DNA of 64,000 bases, from IMG/VR virus record IMGVR_UViG_3300030116_004952, positions 12,530-76,529 of that record. The stretch is one strand, 5' to 3'. Below, one piece after another: positions 56,588 to 64,000 of the stretch. Numbering within the stretch: the stretch's first letter is position 1; each line of letters starts with the position of its first letter. A model generated the notes under the pieces. It saw nothing but the letters and a program-made list of their open reading frames with translations. It searched no databases and had not been told where the DNA came from. The translations under genes were made by a program, and so were the position numbers. The stretch is from a virus.

Positions 56588-58977
56588 TGTCAGCACAAGA
56601 ACAAATAGAGATAATTGGAAATCTCGATAACATTGATGAATTGACTGAAAAGTATCAAAATTCAACTAATAAGAACAGGTTTGTTTTAAGAACATTTAAA
56701 CCGTATATTTCTGACGCAGGTGATTCTAGGGCAAAGGACAAGTTAATTGAAATGATTCATAGTCTTTTGAAAGAAGGTAGAAGCGAAACTCAAGCAGTAT
56801 TAGAAGATGAAAAGGGAGGGATTATTGACTTAATTAATTTAAATGGAGTCAATTATGATGGAGAACCAATGACTACTGGAACAAAATTAAAAGACCAGTT
56901 TGCTAGTCTCTTATCTAATACTGTAATAGATTTAGATAAGGTTACTACTGATAATCCTAAATCAATTTTTGATAAAAATAAAGAAGTTCGGAACATGATT
57001 ACTGCACAACTTAAAACTGGTTTTTTGAAAAGAAATATATTAGTTAAGAATATTGAAAAGATGTTTGCAGAATTTGAAGAAAGAGGCGAGTTCCAATTAG
57101 ATAAAAAGGTTCTTGAATTAGATTTCTCTTTTGCAGATTACTTCAACGCTTCCAGTTTAAAACAACTATCTAAGAGAAGCAACGTGTATAAATACTGGAC
57201 AAAGATTCATAAGCAAATAGAAGAATTAAAGACATTATTAAAAGATGCTGACATTGAAGGATTAGATGATTCTACAATAAGTAAAATTAATTACATTAAA
57301 CTATATGAACCCGTAACATTAGATGTGGATGCTTTAGATTATAGAGCGTATGATTTCGTTAAGAAATATTTATCTTTCTTTTTGGGGTCGGGTGCTGTTG
57401 ATTTAGATGAAATTGATGGAGAGTTTTACTTTGCACAAAAACAAACAAAAACCGCAGAAGGAAAGGATAAGCAACAAGGTTCAGAAATAGATTCTACTAA
57501 AGTTATTGCTTCTGAATTTAAGAAAATTATGGGTTCTAAGAAAGAAGTAGATATTTTGGGTTATGTTCATGCAGTTTCAAACTTATCGGAAGGTTCTCTT
57601 GCTTTATCTGCTGATGACAAAAAACTCTTGAAGAGTAGAATTAAAGAACTACTTAAAACCTATACTGTTAATATGGATGGGGAGTTTATTGATGCTATGA
57701 ATAGTGGCATTCAAGGTTTTATGAAAGAAATTCAAGTTCTAGGGTCTACTAAAGAAAATAATTATTTACCTATTTACTTTTCAGAAGGAATAGATAAGTC
57801 CGTAAATTATTATGTAGCACAACTAGGGGAATTTAGAGAAACAAAGCCATCTTTAAAAATGGCTGACCTTTCAAAAGTTCTTCAACGATACCAAAGTCTT
57901 ATTAAAGACAAAGACATTACAGATTCAATCAATAAAATGCTTCAAGCAGTAAAGAATGAAGTCGTTGAAGAATCTGGTGTAAAACCAACGGCAATTAGAG
58001 AAGAAGGAAAGGGTGCTGGAAAAGGCAGAAAAGACGATAAAGAACCTACATTTTATACTGCTTCCATTAGAGGAACTGAAACAAAATTCAAAGAATTAAA
58101 TGAAAAAATGAAGAAGGTTTTAAATCTAATTGATGCAACATTCATTAGACCACTAAACAATCGCTTCTCTAAGGGATTAAGTATGGGATATGACCAAGTT
58201 ATTTTAACTGATTTAATAAACAGAAAAGATTCTCCTTTCGTTATTGCTAGACAACTCGCAGAAAATAGCGCAAAGGAAGGACTTGATTTTATTAGTATCA
58301 ATGCTTTAAACGATATTAAAAACTACATGGTTGAAATTAAAAAAGCAAAACAAGTAGGTAGAAAGGTAGATTTAAACTCTCTTAAAAGAGAATCATTAGA
58401 TATGGTTACTGAAATAGAAAATATCTTAGATACTTCAGAAGATAGAAGCATGGGCTTTAGGGATTTAATTCTTGAAGATATTGCTTCTTTATACTATGCT
58501 ATTACTAAAGAAAAGACTGATTTTGAAGGAGTAGATACTGAAAAAGCATACAGAAAGTCAAGGGTTGGCGACTATGAAGATGCTCAAGCGTTTAAACAGA
58601 TTATTAACTTTTTAATACAAAACAAAGAAAATTACAAGGCTTCTATGATGAATGAAGAACTTAAGGTAATTAGACAAATTGAAGATATACAGAATTGGTT
58701 TGGAAAATTAACTAAGTCTGACCAATCTATGTTATTACAGGCACATGACCATATTAGAGTTCTTAAGAATGAAGATATTCACTTTGATGTATTAGACTAC
58801 AATGATATTGATGACATGGAATATTTCATTACTAAGATGAACAAAGAAAGAAACATTGATTTGAGTTCTATGGAAGTGTATAACATTGTCAAGGAATTAG
58901 ATTCTTTCCAAAATATTTCTAATGAGTATGGTATCAGCACAGAAGATGTTTATTTAATCAAGGCTAACTTTAGATAA
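56587..58977 (+). CDS. Large helical protein, candidate virion protein
   Basis: 796 aa; small C-terminal HTH-like domain after LTKS. Confidence 0.6.
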   Translation: MSAQEQIEIIGNLDNIDELTEKYQNSTNKNRFVLRTFKPYISDAGDSRAKDKLIEMIHSLLKEGRSETQAVLEDEKGGIIDLINLNGVNYDGEPMTTGTKLKDQFASLLSNTVIDLDKVTTDNPKSIFDKNKEVRNMITAQLKTGFLKRNILVKNIEKMFAEFEERGEFQLDKKVLELDFSFADYFNASSLKQLSKRSNVYKYWTKIHKQIEELKTLLKDADIEGLDDSTISKINYIKLYEPVTLDVDALDYRAYDFVKKYLSFFLGSGAVDLDEIDGEFYFAQKQTKTAEGKDKQQGSEIDSTKVIASEFKKIMGSKKEVDILGYVHAVSNLSEGSLALSADDKKLLKSRIKELLKTYTVNMDGEFIDAMNSGIQGFMKEIQVLGSTKENNYLPIYFSEGIDKSVNYYVAQLGEFRETKPSLKMADLSKVLQRYQSLIKDKDITDSINKMLQAVKNEVVEESGVKPTAIREEGKGAGKGRKDDKEPTFYTASIRGTETKFKELNEKMKKVLNLIDATFIRPLNNRFSKGLSMGYDQVILTDLINRKDSPFVIARQLAENSAKEGLDFISINALNDIKNYMVEIKKAKQVGRKVDLNSLKRESLDMVTEIENILDTSEDRSMGFRDLILEDIASLYYAITKEKTDFEGVDTEKAYRKSRVGDYEDAQAFKQIINFLIQNKENYKASMMNEELKVIRQIEDIQNWFGKLTKSDQSMLLQAHDHIRVLKNEDIHFDVLDYNDIDDMEYFITKMNKERNIDLSSMEVYNIVKELDSFQNISNEYGISTEDVYLIKANFR

Positions 58978-58995
58978 ATATAAGGTTGTGATTAT

Positions 58996-59646
58996 ATGGC
59001 AATATTTATACCCAATACCCTATATTCAGAATCTGATTTATTTAAAGTTTGGAATGGATATTGGAGTAAAACCAACAAAACAGGTTTTCCTTATGAGTAT
59101 GTTCTTAGAAAAAATAATGAAAGAATTTTAACCCCATTGTCTACAATAAATCCATTATTTTGGATTGCATTTGATAACGAGAAACCCGTAGGATATTGTG
59201 GATTAGAAGATAATGGTTCTTTCTTTGCTACTGCTGGAGTAGTTGTTATTCCAGAATATCAAGGTAAGAAAATTTCTAGTGAGTTAATGAAAAAAAGACT
59301 TGCAAAGGTTGGGTCAAAGCCGATTTTAGCGGGAATCAATAACAAAAATTTACCTGCTGGAACTTGGAAAAATTCTTGGAAAAGAAGAGGCTACCGAGAT
59401 ATTGATTTAAATAATTTACCAAAAGGAATCCCATATAATGTGGCAAAAGAACAAGTGGATGCTAAGGGTCAAGAAAATGTTTTAGTCTATTCAAAAGATA
59501 ATATTTTAAAAGCCAAAGATGCGGCAGTAAATAAGCCAATGCCACAAATTACTAGAAGAAAGAAAAAAATTAGAAGTGGCGATAAAGGTAGAACTATTCA
59601 AGGTAAAAACTTCCCCGAATGGAAAAAAATTCTTAGGGGTGATTAA
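58996..59646 (+). CDS. GNAT-family acetyltransferase
   Basis: VGYCGL, GVVVIPEYQGKKISSELM (motif A), WKRRGY. Confidence 0.7.
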   Translation: MAIFIPNTLYSESDLFKVWNGYWSKTNKTGFPYEYVLRKNNERILTPLSTINPLFWIAFDNEKPVGYCGLEDNGSFFATAGVVVIPEYQGKKISSELMKKRLAKVGSKPILAGINNKNLPAGTWKNSWKRRGYRDIDLNNLPKGIPYNVAKEQVDAKGQENVLVYSKDNILKAKDAAVNKPMPQITRRKKKIRSGDKGRTIQGKNFPEWKKILRGD

Positions 59647-60081
59647 ATGAGTTGGAAGGATATTATTAAAAGTGCTAGTAATATCAGAAGAAACTGGATT
59701 AATTCAAAAACTCCACCAGACTTATATTACTATGATAAATTACCGAGAAAACTTAAAAAAGAATTCGATGAATTATTTGAAAAGATGATTGACGATATAC
59801 AAAGAAAATATCTTCAAGGAGTAGAAGAAATGTTTAGAACTGTATTTGAAACAGAAAACATGAGAGGTATGTATAGTTTAAAGGATGGTGGCATTCGAGA
59901 GTTTAATTTTCAAATTGCTCCAAAATCTTCTAGCGTAGATAAATATGGTAGATTTTCTAATTATTATTTATACTTTGACAAAATGGTAAAAGATACTGAA
60001 TTAGGTCAAACTCAATCAGCATATATAACTTCAGAAGAATGGGATAATTTAATGGAAACTATACTTAATGTAAAAGGGTGA
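59647..60081 (+). CDS. W-tag protein (MSWKDIIK)
   Basis: GGTGA RBS; tag at start. Confidence 0.6.
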   Translation: MSWKDIIKSASNIRRNWINSKTPPDLYYYDKLPRKLKKEFDELFEKMIDDIQRKYLQGVEEMFRTVFETENMRGMYSLKDGGIREFNFQIAPKSSSVDKYGRFSNYYLYFDKMVKDTELGQTQSAYITSEEWDNLMETILNVKG

Positions 60082-60085
60082 TTAA

Positions 60086-61510
60086 ATGGAAGAGTTTAAT
60101 TTAGAACATCAAATGGATATGGAGTTATCAAAAAACTCCTTTCCATATTTTTTCCAGCACGTTCTAGGTTTTGATTTTCCAACATACATACAAGAATGGC
60201 ACGATTTAATGAATGATACACAAAGAACTGTTATTATTTGTTCAAGAGACCACGGAAAATCAGTATTTATGCACAGTTGGGTTGTTTGGAATTTAATATT
60301 TCAACCTCCACCTTATCAGATGCTTTATATTTCATCTAACCAAAAGCAGACAATGGTTCACATGAGAGACATTGATAAGATGTTTCAACATCCACTTCTT
60401 AAAAAGTTTAAACCTGCAAGAGGTTGGGCTATTGGAAACATTACATTAACAAATGGTAATCAAATCCTTGAACGTTCTGTTGGTTCACAGATTCGTGGAT
60501 TACACCCTCAAGAAATTATTATTGACGACCCTTTGAAAGAGTTCAGCGTAAGCGGTATTCAAAAGGTAACAGATTGGTTTTATGGGGATATGATTCCTAC
60601 ACTTCACCATACTGCATCTTTAAGAGTTATCGGAACTCCATTTAGTTATACAGATATTTACAAACAATTAGAAGAAAATGCCGCATATACTGTCAGAACT
60701 TATCCTTGTCTTAATGCACTTAATGAACCTCTTTGGCCTGAGCGTTGGGATTATGATGCATTAATGTCAAGAAAGGCTGAAATTGGTTCACTTAAATTTA
60801 CAAGAGAATATATGTGTGTTCCTATTTCAACAGGAACATCTTTATTCAATCCAGAATATTTACAACTTGCTAAGAATAAAGACTTAGTTTTAAAACCAAG
60901 TAGAAGAGAAGGATATAAGTATTTTGTTGGAGTAGACCCTGCTATATCTACTGATGGCGACTATAACGTAATTACTGTTCTTGAAGTAGATAATGAAGAT
61001 AATAAGAACATCGTTTATATTGACCGTTCCAAAAACGTAGAGTTTAGAGAGAACATTAACAAGGTCAAACTAATTGGAAAGATATTTAATCCAGAAGTAA
61101 TCCTATTTGAAACAAATACATTCGCAAAGTCATTTACTCAAGAACTTCGCAACGTCGCAGATTTAAATGTTCATGACTTTAATACTACTCGCAAGAAAAA
61201 AGAAGAAGTTATTTTAAACCTCCAAATGACTTTAGAAAATCAAAAGATGAACTTTCCTTATGGTAATGAAGAAAGTCGAAGAGTTACATCAGCATTGGTT
61301 GAAGAACTATCAATGTTCGCAATTACAGAACGTGGAAGATTTGAAGGAATTGGGGCGCATGATGACATGGTGATGAGTTTGGCCTTAGCAAATGCCGCCA
61401 CGTTTCAAATCACGGATAACTTCATACTCTTGGATGACATGGAGATATTCGGGAGTTCAAATCGTTCTAACAATCGAGTAAAAATGCCATTTCTGGGGTT
61501 GAATTTTTAA
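60086..61510 (+). CDS. terL: Terminase large subunit
   Basis: SRDHGKS (Walker A), IIIDDP (Walker B), IGTP, nuclease GVDPA and HDDMVMSLA. Confidence 0.92.
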   Translation: MEEFNLEHQMDMELSKNSFPYFFQHVLGFDFPTYIQEWHDLMNDTQRTVIICSRDHGKSVFMHSWVVWNLIFQPPPYQMLYISSNQKQTMVHMRDIDKMFQHPLLKKFKPARGWAIGNITLTNGNQILERSVGSQIRGLHPQEIIIDDPLKEFSVSGIQKVTDWFYGDMIPTLHHTASLRVIGTPFSYTDIYKQLEENAAYTVRTYPCLNALNEPLWPERWDYDALMSRKAEIGSLKFTREYMCVPISTGTSLFNPEYLQLAKNKDLVLKPSRREGYKYFVGVDPAISTDGDYNVITVLEVDNEDNKNIVYIDRSKNVEFRENINKVKLIGKIFNPEVILFETNTFAKSFTQELRNVADLNVHDFNTTRKKKEEVILNLQMTLENQKMNFPYGNEESRRVTSALVEELSMFAITERGRFEGIGAHDDMVMSLALANAATFQITDNFILLDDMEIFGSSNRSNNRVKMPFLGLNF

Positions 61511-61800
61511 TGTGGTGGAATATCATTAAAGCGGTAAATCCTGATACGGGTGAACCTTTAAAATTTTTATGGAAAGGCCCAAAAGCAGCATTAACTGGAA
61601 CACCTCAATTTGTTCAGAATTATATTAGAGAGTTTGGATATATACCTTTACAAATATATAAAAAAAGTTTTACTGGAGATTATGAGCCTTTTGTTAGTTT
61701 TACAAGTAAAAGTAGAGATGAATATTTAGAACAAATGAGAAAGGTTATGGAAGGCGTGGATAAAAGAACGCAATTTAAGATATACACGTTTGACAATTAG
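61510..61800 (+). CDS. W-tag protein (MWWNIIKA)
   Basis: Overlaps the terL stop; tag at start. Confidence 0.55.
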   Translation: MWWNIIKAVNPDTGEPLKFLWKGPKAALTGTPQFVQNYIREFGYIPLQIYKKSFTGDYEPFVSFTSKSRDEYLEQMRKVMEGVDKRTQFKIYTFDN

Positions 61801-61808
61801 GTGATACT

Positions 61809-63179
61809 ATGGATTTAAGTGAATTAACTCCTGAAGAGATTGATGAGGTTGCTGATAATGCAACTGAACAGGCTCGCCTCAAAAGATTATCACAACAGGC
61901 TAAAGATGAAATGCAAACTTTAACCAATAAATCATTTTTAGTTGGTGGTCGAGTCCTTTCGGAATTAGAAGAAATTCATAAAATTTCAACGCATATGAAT
62001 ATCAATGCAACCGAAGCAAGAAAACAATTAACATTCCCTCAAGAATACAACATTGATGGTCAAACTATTCCCGACCTTGTTAGAAAGATGCGTAAAGCAA
62101 GGAGACAATTGAAGGGAGACATTAGAGATAAAATGAACAAAAGTATTGATTCTCTTATTGATGGGTATTCTGATTATCTAAATAAGTGTATTGAATCAAT
62201 GCATTGGTTAAGTCCTTACTCTATCCCACTTAAGAAAATGTCTATTACAGAAAAAGACTTATTTAAACTTAACAAGATGAAAGATACTACATCAAGAAGA
62301 GAAGTAGTAGATGTTTTGTGTAAGTATTGGGAACTCGATTTAGACCAAAAAGATATGGCTTTTTGTAGAGATTATGCTAAAATTTCAAAGGAGATGAAAG
62401 AAGTCAAGAAAGAATACAGGGGCATTCTTTCTAAGATTAACTCACAACAGTTGAAGAAATCTAAGAAAGAACAGGCTAAAGAGTTTATTCTTAAACAAAT
62501 TGTCAATAATCCTGGAATTGGTGCAAAAAGAATACATGAAAATATGCCCAGTCCATTATACAAATACAGCAATACTAATATGATTTCTAAAATGGTTAGA
62601 AGTATGAATGTTGCTAATTATGAAGGTGCTTATTACAAAGTCCCATCAATGATGAAGAAAAATATTTGGGCTTATACTGCCGCATTTATTGATTCAGATG
62701 GCTATATTACATTAGACCGTAACATGAATCCTAGAGTTGGATTAGTCGCAACAGGAGAAAGAGGGAAGGCTTTTATGCAAGAAATGCATAAATCTATTGG
62801 ATTTGGCAGAATGCACCTTGACCAAAAATCACCACAAGATACTCGACTAATTAACAGATTAAATTTCTATTCACAAGATGATGTTACTGACCTTTTAACA
62901 AAGTGCTTGCCTCATTTTAGACTAAAGAAAGGTAATGCTAAGTTATTACTTGAACTTATTCGCATGAAAAAGTCTTATAAGAAAGCCGATTGGTATAAAG
63001 ACCGTTGCGATGAAATCTTTAAATTAATGAAGTGGGAAAACCATAAAGACCACGTTGGCTTTGATTGGGCTAAAGAGAATATTTATTTAGATGATATTGC
63101 AAAGTTACAAGGTAATTGTAAAATGAGTCTTATGGATGAATTAGAGAATGTCGGTGGAATTGTTCTTAAGGAGGTTTGA
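61809..63179 (+). CDS. Helical N-terminus + HTH-like region + C-terminal LAGLIDADG endonuclease-like domain
   Basis: WAYTAAFIDSDGYI, IGFGRM, LPHFRLKK. Confidence 0.7.
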   Translation: MDLSELTPEEIDEVADNATEQARLKRLSQQAKDEMQTLTNKSFLVGGRVLSELEEIHKISTHMNINATEARKQLTFPQEYNIDGQTIPDLVRKMRKARRQLKGDIRDKMNKSIDSLIDGYSDYLNKCIESMHWLSPYSIPLKKMSITEKDLFKLNKMKDTTSRREVVDVLCKYWELDLDQKDMAFCRDYAKISKEMKEVKKEYRGILSKINSQQLKKSKKEQAKEFILKQIVNNPGIGAKRIHENMPSPLYKYSNTNMISKMVRSMNVANYEGAYYKVPSMMKKNIWAYTAAFIDSDGYITLDRNMNPRVGLVATGERGKAFMQEMHKSIGFGRMHLDQKSPQDTRLINRLNFYSQDDVTDLLTKCLPHFRLKKGNAKLLLELIRMKKSYKKADWYKDRCDEIFKLMKWENHKDHVGFDWAKENIYLDDIAKLQGNCKMSLMDELENVGGIVLKEV

Positions 63180-63181
63180 TT

Positions 63182-63994
63182 ATGAGTTGGCAAGATGTAT
63201 TAAAAAGAAAAGGAAAGCAAAAGAGACAAAGAAAAGCATTGGCTGAAGCAAATGCTCAATTAAATACGCTTGATGATTTTTATGCAGCAAGGGAAAATGC
63301 AAGACAGGCTCTATATAACACTACAAAGGGGCAAAGACAGAAACTTCTTAGATTGATTGAAGATGACCTCAAGAAAAAGCGTGATGGTAAAATAATAACA
63401 GATGAGCGTTTAATAAACGAAAAGACTAATCCTTCTACTACATTTACAGAAGAAGAAAACTTTGGCCATAGATTAAAATTTGGTCAACATAGAGGATTAC
63501 GACTACCAGATAATTTAATAAAACTATTGGCTAAAACTATTTATTTTAGAGACTTTGCTTCTTTCTTTATGAATCGTGCATATACTAGCAAAAAGACAAA
63601 CGTATATGGGAATCGAAAATATAGTTACCTTGACCGTAAAGTAATGTTACGTGACATATATCAAAAACAATTTTGGCCAGCGTTCAATGAATGGATGAAA
63701 AGTCTTACTGATGAACAGAAACAAAAAATGTCTGAATGGAATAAAAAATCTGCTGAAGAAGAAAGAAAAAGATATGAGGCCGAAGCACCCGAAAGAGAAA
63801 AGAAAGCCCGCTATGAGGCTAAAAAGGAAGCAAAGCGAGCAAAAAGAGAAGCCCAACAAGCAAAAAGAGAAGAAAGAAAAAAATTAAGAGAGGGCTTAAA
63901 AGGAAGAAAACCTCAAGGTGCAGGTGGTAAATCTAAATCAGAAAGAAGTCGAGAGCATGGCCGACACAGTTCTCGACAATTTAAAAAATTATAG
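63182..63994 (+). CDS. Basic W-tag protein (MSWQDVLK)
   Basis: K/R-rich coiled-coil C-terminus; tag at start. Confidence 0.6.
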   Translation: MSWQDVLKRKGKQKRQRKALAEANAQLNTLDDFYAARENARQALYNTTKGQRQKLLRLIEDDLKKKRDGKIITDERLINEKTNPSTTFTEEENFGHRLKFGQHRGLRLPDNLIKLLAKTIYFRDFASFFMNRAYTSKKTNVYGNRKYSYLDRKVMLRDIYQKQFWPAFNEWMKSLTDEQKQKMSEWNKKSAEEERKRYEAEAPEREKKARYEAKKEAKRAKREAQQAKREERKKLREGLKGRKPQGAGGKSKSERSREHGRHSSRQFKKL

Positions 63995-64000
63995 TGATAT

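Noticed and set aside
2202-63859. Antisense or overlapping track ORFs (e.g. 2202, 4611, 6723, 10933, 20432, 29724, 42425, 42456, 47193, 47218, 55624, 63647)
   Set aside because: They lie opposite or within well-supported genes, lack RBSs and show shadow-frame composition.
1-64000. Cellular archaeal chromosome or integrated provirus
   Set aside because: No ribosomal or housekeeping operons, no integrase or att boundary; terminase and tail genes with viral gene density.

Overview
AT-rich ~64-kb segment of a tailed dsDNA archaeal virus. The gene content is archaeal-type: split family-B polymerase, PCNA-like clamp, RFC, RPA, PriS-PriL primase, MCM-like helicase, ERCC4 nuclease, ATP-dependent ligase, TFB and GGTGA ribosome-binding sites. 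It also carries a large terminase, tail genes, group I GroEL/GroES and a class II RNR. This best fits a magrovirus-like virus of Marine Group II Poseidoniales (inference, no database search). Layout: tail genes (+, 1-7.5 kb); a long leftward replication/metabolism/host-takeover block (-, 7.6-42.9 kb) with tRNA-Arg(TCT) and tRNA-Leu(TAA); an AT-rich divergent non-coding region (42.9-43.6 kb); an array of small transcription units (43.6-49 kb); and a rightward packaging/head-associated block with the terminase (49.4-64 kb). Most notable observations: (1) eight polar copies of CAACCATATGG(T), about 0.6-0.8 kb apart, delimit promoter-ORF-terminator cassettes in either orientation; (2) two paralogous cassette genes have 5' and 3' UTRs that pair as 19-24-bp G.U-containing stems of unrelated sequence, each with a competing local hairpin beside the RBS; (3) at least 14 unrelated proteins around the terminase share an N-terminal M-(S/N)-W-x-x-(I/L/V)-(I/L)-K tag, a candidate capsid-targeting/cleavage signal; (4) a virus-encoded ubiquitin-like set (Ubl ending GG-QY, ThiF/E1, JAMM protease, possible E2); (5) two histone-fold-like proteins. 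All functional calls come from motif recognition by eye.
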